DNA of 50,345 nucleotides, taken from the NCBI GenBank assembly GCA_018398765.1, contig JAHBMJ010000331.1, positions 1-50,345 of the forward strand, in the 5' to 3' direction. Below are positions 9,809-21,417 of this stretch, one piece after another (positions within the stretch are counted from its first letter, which is position 1; the number at the start of each line of letters is the position of its first letter). The translations under genes and the position numbers were made by a program. This DNA is from Chromera velia (lineage: Eukaryota). Under the pieces are notes generated by a model that was not told the origin of the DNA, did no database searches, and worked only from the letters and a program-made list of their open reading frames with translations.

Positions 9809-12097
9809 TTAGAACCTCTCGTATTCTGCCCCGTTGGCAAGACGGAAGGAATACCCCTGGAATTGACCCACGACAGTTTGCTCGGCAGCAGGAAACTGCA
9901 CGGAAGTCTGCCTGGAAGTGAACTGCACAGGCTGAGGCTGGTGGATGGGGAGCGTCGGAGGCGGTGGGGGGGGGCGGAGGGTCGAGGAGGGGGGCCGAGA
10001 TAGGGGCGCGCAAGTCGAGCGAGTGGAAAGTGCGCAGAGGGGGGGGGAGCTTGCACGATGCTGAGGCTGTGGAGCGTTGAGAGTGGTGTTACACAGGAGT
10101 GGGAGGGGGGGTTCCTGAGTGTAGACAGCTTGGCAGTGTGGGGGGTGAGGAGGAGGGGGCGGGGGAGGAACACGGGGCCTCCTGGCTTCGTCTGTGGCTG
10201 NNNNNNNNTGGTCACCTGCGACTGCTCTGCCTGCCGCTACCTGGGAGCATGCGGCGATGGAGACACCAGAAAGCTGCGGCACCGGAAGGGCGAAAGAGGG
10301 AAAGGGAGGCGGAGGGGTGCCGGGGGGCGAATAGTCGGAGGAGGAGACGGAGATTGGGGAGGTAGCTCCCGTGGTTGCGGCAGCAGGGGACGACGAGACA
10401 GTGGAGTGACGAGTGGAGCACGAGTGAGGGGACTGCTGCTCAGCACTCGAAAAAGAGACGGTCTTGAGGGTGAACAGAGGGTGCTCAGCGGTGTCAGCAG
10501 CAAATGCCAACGTGTGGTTCTGAGAGAGGGGATAGTAGGAGTTCATATTCTGGACCTGAGAAGAGGAGGAGGAGAAAGACTCCTCACCCCACCCCCCATG
10601 ATCACGTCGGTGCCCCCCCCTTCTTCTTGTTGGTGCTCATCCCATTCTCCGTCTTCACTGTGTCCCATCTCCGCGTCATCCTCCTCATTCTCACCGTCTT
10701 TATCTTCTTCATCCCACTCCGATTCCTCCTCCTCCTCCCCTTCCCGCCCTGCTGCCCCAAAGAGCTCGACCAACTTCTTGTCCAACTCGTCTGTGGAGAT
10801 CTTTTCCTCCAGAGCGTCGTAGGGTTCCAGGAAGATGAAACATTTCAGGGGAGCTCTGCATGGCAAAAAAGAAAAAAAAAAGTCTCACAAAGAGGAGAGA
10901 GAGAGGGGCTGCCTGCTCACATGAATGTCATCATTTTATTTGTCCCACAAGCCAGAGAAACAGCAAAGAAAAGAAGTGGCGCGAAGGGGCGAATAAGCAG
11001 AAGAAGAAAAACACACCCAACAGTTTCTTTCCACACTGCGACACCAACAGGTGGACGCGAAAAAGAAGACGGCTGCACAGAGCGGAGTCACCAACTCAAG
11101 GACAAAAACAAAGAAACGAGTCACCGAGAGAGAAACAGATGGACAGGCTATACATTTCTTCTTCGCCCTTCTTTTTTTCATGTGAAGACAGATTTATGTT
11201 TCTTCTTCTCCCTCCCTTTCTTCATGGAACAACAGAAAAAAAGAAAGAAACAACAAAGACAAAAGAACAAAACGGCCAATGAGACAAGACAGAAAGAGTG
11301 ACAGGTAGACAGAAAGCCGAAGTAACTTACCCTCGATTCGTTGAGTTGACCAGAGTGAACTTCTTGCCATTCACCTCAAGCTTGCCGGAGTGATAAGTGA
11401 AACCCGAGAATCTCACCGTGGTCTTCACTTTGGGGTCGTTCTTAACTTGGTCCCATTTCTCGTCTGCAGGAGACTTGGCTTTCTGCCCCTCCGCTCTCGC
11501 TCTGCTCCCCTGGGCTTTGTTGATGGTCTTTGCTTGGAATGAATGCCATGCTTCCGTCTCGCCGTTCGTGTACTCCACAACGATGATGTCAAGGTCCTCC
11601 GTGACGATGAACAGCTCGTCGGTCGGGTACCGACCGTGCTTCTCCTTGAACGCTTCAGCATTCCTCTCCAACGAAGAGTTGTTCTTCGTTCGAGGCATAC
11701 CCTCGATCCTGTGCCTCTTGTTTCGCCCCTTGGGACACTCCTTTTCCATACAGAGACCCCACACGTGACGAGGAGACTTGAGAAGCATTTTCTTCAGCCT
11801 CTCCATGTTGATGACTGCGCCACGACGCAGAGCCTCTTGAAGCAGAGGCGCACATTCGGACAACTTCACCCTTTTCGGCGTCTTTCCGTGTGCTTCTCTG
11901 GAGAGAGTAGAGAGAACTCTATCGAAGTCTCGAGAGTTCAATTTCTTCAGAGAAATGGGACAGAATTTATCTGCTGATTTTCGGAGTGTCTGGCGGGCCT
12001 GCGCGGCAAGCGGATCTGTCGACACCCCCAGACGTGCCAGGTAGCACAGGAGCCGCATACCCAGACGCACAAACGTACTCACAGGCTGAATTGTCAT
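9809..12097 (-). CDS. Orphan 3-exon gene: N-terminal putative PD-(D/E/Q)xK nuclease-like domain, acidic linker, Pro/Ser-rich tail
   Basis: Exon 1 12097-11331 ends at a GTAAGT donor (phase 2) and joins exon 2 10855-10588 at a CAG acceptor in frame (NRG|APLKCFIFLEP). A 32-nt GT-AG intron 10587-10556 then joins the ORF ending at 9809. The frame across the N gap 10201-10208 is uncertain. Motif: EDLDIIVVE-x11-FQAK. Confidence 0.6.
10201..10208. other. Assembly gap (8 N)
   Basis: nnnnnnnn in the sequence. Confidence 1.
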
Positions 12098-12819
12098 CCT
12101 GCTGATCGACTTTGTATGAAAAGAGACGACGAGGAGACTGAGGAGGAGACGGTGTTCGTACTTTTGATTCTCGATTTACACTCTCACAGTGAGGAGACAC
12201 GCACACACACGCAGGCGCAGGTAGGCGCGGATGGCACAGGATCTCTCATAACCTCTTCCGTACGAATGCAGACATGATGCACAAGCTTCCCGGCCACTTT
12301 CTTCCACGACTGAAACGGAAACGTGAGAATGGATCGAGGGCTTCTTCTAGGGGGGAGCCTCCCCGGCCCCGGCTCCCATGCACCCATGCATGCAGAAATT
12401 AAGGTCTGCATGCATGGAGTCCCGCGCGCCCCGCGGAAGTTTGCGGGAGAAAAGCCCACCATCATACACGTGGCCCCCGGAATGAGCCATCGCTTATACG
12501 GAGCATGCCGTGGCCACTAGCTGTGTGTTGTCGACAATTTGCCTTCGCCGTCTCCCTTGACAATTAACAATACTAAGCCGTCTCCCATTGTCTCCATTTA
12601 TCTCCCCCTCTAGGCAGTCAATGACAGTCAACCCGCTCCATTCAGCATCGAATAAGCTGGTGGATGTCTTTCCTCCGCTCAGCGTGCGAAGGTTTGCAAA
12701 GTGGTGCAGGAGGCTTTCTCAACTGAGGTCTTTGCATGTCTGCCTGTCGACATAGGCTGTAATAAAGTTACTTTTCGGTGACGTGTTCGGTTTTCTTTTT
12801 TGTTGTCCAACATACCAGA
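12098..12819. promoter_or_regulatory. Divergent intergenic region (candidate bidirectional promoter and 5' UTRs)
   Basis: About 720 bp between head-to-head start codons (12097 - and 12820 +). It contains catgcatgca and tgcatgcatg at about 12386-12416 and cacgtg at about 12467. Confidence 0.45.
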
Positions 12820-13178
12820 ATGATGTGTGGATCAGCTGTTGGCGTCTTTGTTTGGTTGTCTCTGCTCCTGGTTGCTGCTTCCCATCAGACCCTGAGCGGG
12901 TTCCTTTCGTCCTCGAGTTTGTTTCGATCTAGACATCAGAGACAGGGACAGAGACAAAGGCTCTGCATGGTTGCTCCCCAACAGGGGATCGCCTTCGACG
13001 CAGCGAAGCTGAACGGGACCGACTTGAAATTTGCAGTTGTCCGAACGCGCTGGAATTCGCAAATCACAGAACCGCTGCTCAACGTATGTCCACGAGGCCG
13101 CTGGAACCCGTCTCTTCCATGTCTTCTTTTGCGGTTACCTATACCTGTGTCCTCAGTCTCCCTGGGTGTGCGTGTGCG

Positions 13179-13250
<72 letters not shown>

Positions 13251-13910
13251 GTTTCGAAAAGAAAAAGAGGGAAAAAGGAAAAACAGAAGTCGTATTCGTC
13301 TGTCTGTACTGTCTGTCCGAAAAGAAAAGACGATATAGTCTGTCTGTGTGTACATGAGGAAGGGGAGGAAGAAGAAGAAACATGTAGTTTATCTGTGCAT
13401 GTTTTGTATGTGCGTATGTGTGTATAAATATGTGTGTGCAGGATGTGAAGAAGGCTCTGGTCGACGCAGGTGTGGACCCCGAGAACATTTTCGAGACGGA
13501 CGTGCCAGGGTCCTGGGAGCTTCCCATGGTCACCAAGTACTTAGCCTTTTCGCAGAAATTTGACGGCGTGATTCCGATCGGATGCCTCGTCAAGGGAGAG
13601 ACCTACCACTTCGAATACATCGCAGGAGCAGCCAGCGACGCCCTCATGCAGGTATGGATGGTAACTGTCGGTGGGCATGATTGCATGGTTCTCTCTTGTC
13701 CGTAGCACATCTGTGCGTGGAGGCAAGTTAACTGCCAGGATGAAAGGAAGGGCAAAGGCACTATGAAATCGCACGTCTCCTTCCCCCCCCTCTTTCCCAG
13801 CGTCCCGTCTCTTTCCTGCCTCCCAGTGTGGCCTTCCCTCCTCTCACCAGTCACTGCCTTCCTTCTTCGTCTGGACCCTCATGCAGGGAGGAATGCCCAC
13901 CCCTCCCTCT

Positions 13911-13969
<59 letters not shown>

Positions 13970-14807
13970 CTCCCCCCCCTGATCTTCGCAACACAAACAA
14001 AGAAAGAAACAAACAAACAGAGAAACAAACAAACAAACAGAGAAACAAACAAACAAACAAAGAAACAAACACACAAACAGAGAAACAAAGAAACAAACAA
14101 CGGATGCCCCCCATTTCTTCGATCACTCTGTCCTTCCTTTGATCGACTCTCCCCCCCCCCGCGTTCCCTGAATGGATTCTTCTTCCAGTGCCTTCTTCCT
14201 CACGAGTTGTCAACATGCCTTTTCTTTCTTTTTGAAGTCCCGGGCATATCCAAGATAGTTGCTCATCTGGTTTTTCTTGTGAGCCAACTCCTTGTCACTC
14301 ACTCACTCAGAGAATCAATCAATTTGCCTCCTCGTCCTTCATTCCTCCACCCAATTGTTCCAGAAAGGCATGTCTGTTCTTTTTTTCTCTTCTTTTTCAC
14401 GGAGGACAATAAGAGCTCGCGTGCCGTCGACCGCTCAACCAGGACGAACACAGCGAGAGCAGAGAAGGAAAAAGTTACTGAAAGAAAACATGCAGCGTCT
14501 CTGTTGTCTTCCTACAGCCAGCTGTGCCTGCATGCTCTAGAGGTCCTCCCCTTCTTTTCATCCCATGCATGCAGTTCTTTTCTGCCCTCCTTCCTCTCCC
14601 ATCCGTTCCCCCTCTCCCCCCCCCGTGTTGCCCTCACTCACTCCCTTTCTGACAGGTCCAGCAAAGCTCCGGGGTTCCGGTCACTTTCGGCATTCTGACC
14701 GTGGAGACTCTCGACCAGGCAATGGAGAGGGCGGACGGAGAGAAGAGCCACGGGTACTCGTGGTTGGTTCGACGGAGGGAGGTCTCTCTCTCTCTCTCTC
14801 TCTCTCT

Positions 14808-14874
<67 letters not shown>

Positions 14875-15425
14875 CATCACCTGTCGGAGTGTGCGGGTCG
14901 ATGGTCGGATCTTCGCTTCTTTTCTTTTTTTTTTCGATGCCTTTGAACCTAGAAGAGAGACGGAGGGGGAGAGAGAGCATCATGCACTTGCGTTGTTATC
15001 CTCGATCAAAGGCAGAACTTCAGCTGTGAATTTTGATGTCAGATTCTTCTCCCATTCAGTTGAGTTGCCTGGCTCCTTGTCATGTGCGACACCCACCCAT
15101 TCTGGAAATAAGTGTGGTGGTCCTCAATTGAATACCTTTGGGGCACATGTGTATGCATGCATGTTCGATCCACCGTCTCCTCCCCTCATTCATTCTCTTT
15201 TCTCCTTTTTCCTTCCCTCGCTCTATTCTTTCTTCTCTTTATTTATTTATTTCCTTCCGTGTGTGCAGGGGGCAAACGGCTGTCGAAATGGCGTTGCTGC
15301 GGCGCTGGGCAAGCGGGCGAAAGTCTACAAAGATGGGGTTCGGCGTCTCACCCGAATCTGCGGTCGCGGCGTCCCTGGCGGAGTGGGAAGGGAAGAAGAC
15401 GGACAAGGCCAAGTACCTCTTTTGA
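12820..15425 (+). CDS. ribH: 6,7-dimethyl-8-ribityllumazine synthase (riboflavin synthesis) with bipartite plastid-targeting leader; exons 12820-13083, 13442-13651, 14656-14762, 15269-15425 (245 aa)
   Basis: The spliced product contains FAVVRTRWN, VPGSWELP, IGCLVKGETYHFEYI, PVTFGILT and HGYSWGQTAVEMA, all hallmarks of lumazine synthase (RibH/RIB4). All three introns are GT-AG and phase-compatible. A hydrophobic signal peptide is followed by LSG-FLSS and a Ser/Arg-rich transit-like stretch. Confidence 0.95.
13178..13248. repeat. (TA)n(TG)n microsatellite in lumazine synthase intron 1
   Basis: Visible dinucleotide runs. Confidence 0.95.
13912..14100. repeat. (AC)n(AG)n and compound (AAAC)n microsatellites in intron 2
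   Basis: Visible tandem runs. Confidence 0.9.
14783..14872. repeat. (TC)n(TG)n microsatellite in intron 3
   Basis: Visible dinucleotide runs. Confidence 0.95.
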
Positions 15426-16899
15426 TCGATCGAAGCATAGAGAAGCCGTGTAAATTCTTTCGTTCCGTGCCTTGTCAATTCTGTGCGGGGTATTTGTCCA
15501 AACGACTTTTTGATTCATTCGTGCATCTCTCATATGGTCGCAGGCAGTCAGACAAGCTAGCTCTCAGCATCCATATATTTTATTCATACTTCGTTTTGAA
15601 TCATATGAAAGTGCTTCAATTCAAGCAACATTGAAGTTGTTGAAAACTTGCAGAGACCGAGTCATAGATTGTTGAAAATCTAGTTGAAAATGAAGGTTGA
15701 ACATTATGTACAGCTTTTGGATACATCTAAAATACATTAAAATATCTAGATCCTGGTTGAATTAAGTATAAATCAAAGCGAACTGCTGTTATAAAGAACC
15801 GCACTGCCTCGTGCATTGCCGCCGAACGCTAGAGGCCTATTCATAAGCCGATAGTGATAGCGTATGATGATGATAATATGTTTTCATGTGTTAATACGTA
15901 TTATTACCTATATAAATAATGCAATACTGTTGAATATGCCGTCAATACATAAACATAATTTTTCTTACATAATTTAGTTGTTCAGTAACTGATCATTGAT
16001 GTTTTGGAGTTACATCCCAAACTTAGCAACGCCAGACCCCAAGCTATTGATAAGGCTTTGAGGGCAACCCAGAGCTCTAGCCAGAGCTAGACCCAGAGTA
16101 CACATTCATTGGGGGGGGGGGGATAAGAAAGCCCGTGCATGCCAAACAGATCGAAGATCATCGAACTTCAATTGAACCGTTTCAACTCGCATAATCAATG
16201 CAATGGAGCTTTTTTGGACACTTGGGCAGCGCTTTGAAGCCGTTTCTAGGTAAGACTGTGAAATTGAGCTCTTATCATATGAGTCTGATTCATGACTGTG
16301 TGCTACAGACTGCTGGTAGCTGACAAAGAGATTCTCTTTATCTAAACATACTCAGACGGTACTCAGGTAATCGCAGCTAAGTTTACTTTGAGGCACTCTG
16401 CTCTGGGGCGAGCAGTGAGAGAATTAATTGACATGGGAGTATATGTTTGCATAGCGTGTTTTGTAGCACTATATTGGAGCTGTTCTTATGCATTAAAGTC
16501 CGTCCTCAGAGTTGCACGTCCACTCAAACTCTGTGGTCAGTTTACGTCAGTTTGAAACAGACTGAAGCGGTGTTACACGATGTAGCACGATGCACAGCTA
16601 GAAGATTTTGTATGAGCTCGTAGGGGCTGTGTGTAAGTAGTAAACGATCGATGTTTTGAAATGATCAATATAAAAAAAATAAAGCTAGACATAAAGTAGA
16701 AGATCAGAGGTAGACAGTCCAAAAAAAGGTTAAAGCTGTAAGTTCCTGTATGTTCCCTCTCTTTAGTGTCTCTCCGGTCTACTCCGGTCTACTCCAGTCC
16801 TGTATCTGGCCCGTATGCATGTTCTTATGGCGGCAATGCGACATTTTTATTTACAATGCGAGACACTGAAGAGAGGTGATATCATCAAGCGCGGAGCCG

Positions 16900-16960
16900 T
16901 GCATGCATGCCCATGCCGAGCCAGCCATGCGTGCGTGCAATGCCGTGCATGCATGCAGGC
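16900..16960. promoter_or_regulatory. TGCATGCA motif cluster upstream of the RNF213-like gene
   Basis: gtgcatgcatgc at about 16899-16910 and tgcatgcatgca at about 16946-16957, roughly 300 bp before the ATG at 17235. Confidence 0.4.
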
Positions 16961-17234
16961 GCGCGGAGCCTTGCCGAGCTCTCTGAGTGCCGAGTGGGAT
17001 ACCTCGGAAGCATTTCACCCAACGCGCGCGAACCTGGCAGTGCGTGGGAGACGCCTTTCTTGTGAACCTTGAGCCGTTGATTGAGAGTCGATGCGTAACG
17101 GATAAACGCATCAATCACATTACACCTGCCCAGGCGGCCACACGCCCGAAAGACAGAGTGGCGAGATCTGATTGCAAGCAGTCCCTGAGACCGCAAGCTG
17201 GTTCGATCTCCAGGAGACGGCAACTTCTTTCTCA

Positions 17235-20200
17235 ATGTCATCTCCTTCCGAAGCGGGAAGGGAGGAGCGTCCCGAGGAAGTGGAAGGTCTGACTGAATCG
17301 CAGGGTCATTCATTCGAGGTAGAAGACGGGATGGATGGGCACAGTGCAGGTGGAGATGCAGAAATGGAGGCACGAGATGACGTCCCCGGAAAAGACTCAG
17401 TCTGCGAGTCGGAGACGGGAGACGAGACAGCGAGAAAAGAGGAGGCACAAGTTTTGCAAGCGCCAGAGAACCAAGAGGCACCCAATCAGAATGCAGAGCA
17501 AGAGTGTCAACAAGCTCCAGCAGAGATGCCTGTGCCGACCCCTCAGATTCAAATCCGAACTCTTGTCATTGCACCCCGTCTCTGTGAGGGAGAGGAAGCG
17601 TATGTCTTCTTTGGCCCTCCTGTGGGAGACTGGGAGACGGAGGGCATGGTCATTCTGGAGAAGGAGACGGCAGAGCAGAACCAAGGGAGCGGGATGGAGA
17701 CGTTCTCTTGGCGGATTTCCTCTCCCGTCTCTGAAGTTCACGATAAGGCAGTTCCGTACAAGTACGTGAAGGTGCGCAAGGAGGGCGAAGAAAAGATTTA
17801 CGAGAGTCTGGGCACTGCCATTTCAAACCGTGTGCTCAGGTTTGAAAATGCAGACAGAACCCGGGAACATGAGATTTTGGATCCACCAATCGTGTGGTCT
17901 GACACGGACACCAAGGCGGAAGAGGGGCCTGTTCAGGTACATAGATTCTCTCTCGCTTTGCTTTCCTGAACTTGATTACCTCTTTCATTGAGGATTTTTA
18001 CCTCGCCATCCGTCTTCTTTTCTATTGTCATTTTTAGATCTCTTTCGATTTCACCGTCGACACTGTACCGGTGGGCCCAGAAGTGCCCCCCCTTGCTTCC
18101 GTACCTCTTTGCATGCAGCTGCAAATGTGCTCAAACACCCCCCTCCGTTCAACGCCATGTCTGCAGCTTCTCTGCCGTCTCTTCGGACTTCCCGATGAGG
18201 CCGCGGGAAGAGACGCAGGGGTGCGTTTGGCACTTCACGGTTGTGCAGTGATGTCACTTGCTCAGCGGTCGAGCAGCCGTCTCGTTCAGTCTGAGGAGAA
18301 GCTTTTGACCATTTCGGCAGAATCGAAATTTCTCGACGGCTTCATCGCTTTTCTGCGAAATCGGAGGGAGTCTGAACAGAACTCGGCATTTCCCTCTCAA
18401 GATTTGAGAAATTGTAAAGTTATGCTTTCCGGCATCGCGCAGAAGATCATTCTGGAGATTGAGCAGCGTGCGGTCTTCAGAGCGGCCGTCTCGTTTCCGT
18501 ACAGTCCAGGGTGCACTCCTTCATCTCCAGATTCGCCTGTGGGGTGTCTTCTGGGTCGTCTCTATGGACTTCTGCTCCTCGGGGAAAGGAAAATATTTTC
18601 TTCATTGAACGTGGAGTCCCTCCTGACCCTGTCGAGATCTCTTTGTCCATTTGCCGCAGTACGCCAAAAGGGTCTCTTAGGAGAGGGGGGAGAGAAAGAG
18701 AAAGAGGGCGCTGCAGTTCTCTTCCTCGAGACCCTCCAGGCAGAACTTGGTGAGAGGTTTGCGTTCATGCAGAGACAGGAACTGAAAAAAATGGTCGAAA
18801 CTCTCATATTAAAAGTGCATACTACGTCAAACCAGCCCGGCATCTCTGTCACTCTCTCGCAATTTACTCTGCGGCGACTCCTCCTTCGCACCACTTCCGA
18901 GGAGGGAGAAGACTTGAAGGCATGCCAACGCGTCGTTCAGGCCTCTGTGCAATCGTCACGAGGGGTCCGTGGGTGGGAGGGGGCTGGGGGCTCATATGGG
19001 AAAGCGGGTGACTTTCTGGGATGGCTGGGTGTGACTGGTGTGTGGACAGGGGAGGACGTTCGTCGATTCTGCTGTGGCGTGGGGTCCGCGGGGGCAAGCG
19101 TTGACTGGACGGGCGTAGTCGAGACTGTCAGAGGAGACTCTGTGTCACTGCGGTAAGTGGGTACGTCGCTGGATGGGTGGGGATAATCTTGTAAACACTT
19201 CGCGATGTGCGCGGGTTCATTTGTGGCGCCGCTTTAGAAGCCATCTCTTCTCCACTAGCAGCATTGCATAACCTTCGATCTTCTGTTCTTCTTTTCACCT
19301 TGTCTTCGCGGAAACCATTCCGTCTAGGAATGACCATACGATGTCTCCTCATGCGCTCTGCCCGCGTCTCTGCCTGCATTCAATTTGCATGCAGTTCTGT
19401 GGTCGCGTATCTCCTGTACTGCCGTCTCGCTTTCCCTCACCTCTGGGAGGGAGACGCCGGGGCAAGGCTGCATGCGGGTCTGTGCGTGGGTCTTCAGTCA
19501 GCAGGACCGGCAGCAGCGATATCGGCAGTGTGCGTGGCGATGCAGTTGAAGAATAAGGATGAGGTCCCGGCAGGCAGTTTTCCGGAGTTGTTGACGACGT
19601 GCTTGCGGGTACTTGATGGGTCCGTGTCCGCTGCCCTGTACAACAGGGAAGGAGAGAGGGGGGCGGAGGCGGTAGCCGAAGGTCTCCAGGTTGTTAGTGA
19701 TTGTGTGGCGGGACTGCTTCAGGTCGGTGACGATGATGAAGCGACGACATGGCACATCTGCCAGTATGCAGTCTGTTTGAAGGTGTAGGGGCTCTGGACA
19801 ATTAAAGTATGCTCTGTCTGTCTGTCTCTGTTCCTGCCTGTCTGCATGAAATTGCCTTTCGATTCCCTTTCTGGCTTCTCTTTCGGTTCAATTATCTCTC
19901 TGCCTTCCATTTCTCTCTCTAGCTTTTTTTTCTTCGTTCTTCGGTACGGTTCTTTTAATTCTCTCTCTGCCTTCCATTTCGGTCTTAATTCTTTTCGAGT
20001 GTCGGAGATTCATGCATGGTGTCACCAGGTGAGCCCCTTCTCCTTTGTCCTCCCTTCTCTTCTTCCCCGAACAGAATAGAAACCGGATCAAGGAAACACA
20101 TGTACGCATGCTTCTCTACTGTGCTCAATTGCAGAAGGAGTTCTCAGGTTTGTGGAAACGCGCATGCGATGTTCCCAAACCTGTGCTGCCGGGGTTGAGC

Positions 20201-21360
20201 TCGACAGCCGCTGTAGCATCCTGTCGTCAGGCACTAGAGACGGCGTTGTCGTTGTGCCGTTGTGTGGTGGCTGCTGTTGAGATGCTCCGGGGGTGCGGGT
20301 ATGCGGGGGGGCGTGCTGCAGATTCTCTGGCAGAAAGGGTCGTTGCTGAGTTGAAGAGCACTCTCGGGAAGAGGAAAGGAGGGGATGAGGGGGGGTTGGC
20401 CTCAATGAGCATGCTGAGGATCTCGGTGAACAGAGACAAGGCATTTCGGTATACCACTCTGTGCGCGACTCTCGTGCCTTTACAGTCAGACGGAGGAAAG
20501 GAAGCTGCAGACTTGACAAGGATCCGAAGTGCAGTGGGGCAGAGGTTTGCTGGCGAGCTGAGGGCTCTCCAGAACGAAGAAGCTCGGGTTCATGTTTTCG
20601 AACACGTACTCTCAGAGAGGGAGAAGGGGGACGTTTTCGCTTCCGAGGGAGCGAAGGACATTGTGGAAGCAGCAGAACAGGTGACGATGGAGACCCTTGA
20701 CTCTGCTTTGAGTACTGCAGGGGACACGGGGAACGAGAACATTCTGCAGAAGTTACTGGGCGGCTCTCTTCTCCAGAGGCTTGCAGGCGTCCTCTCAACG
20801 GTCATCGTGAGTCGAAAGATCAATTGACTAATTAGTTCTCACATCTTACTGGTATCTGACTCGATCGATCGTTGTCTCTCTGGGAGGAAGGGAGGGAGGG
20901 CCCCTCTCTTCTCGTCTCTTCTCTTCTCTTCTCCTCTTTCTCTTTTCCTCTCTTCTCTTCTCTTCTCTTCTCTTCTAGCGTCTGTTGTTCCCCTCTCATG
21001 TCCATCATGAGGCAGGCCAGTCGAGATAAAAAAGAGAGAAGGAGTGATCCTCTCCCCCCCTCCCCCCTCGTTTGAGTCTGCAGGAAAAGGGGTGGCCCCG
21101 AGAGGTTGCGTCTGCTGTCCTCCGTGGGACTACGGAGGGTCTGAGTGACGTTGTGCTGAAGCACGTGCTCTGGTGGCGCCCCCTCGGCGTCCTCTTCCGG
21201 TTCCTTCTCAACGACCAGAGCGAGAAAGGCCTCTCGAGTCTGCGCCAAAAGGTGGGGGGATGGGGGGTTTGGTTTGGGGGAGGTATTGTAAGGAGAAGAG
21301 GTTGATTGTGCAAACCTCCTTGAGTCCTGCTGGTGAGGCGCCACTCGGGCAAGAGAGATT

Positions 21361-21417
<57 letters not shown>

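Noticed and set aside
13031..15029. ORFs with CVCVCV, THTHTH, RERERE or YIYIYI runs
   Set aside because: These are translations of intronic microsatellites.
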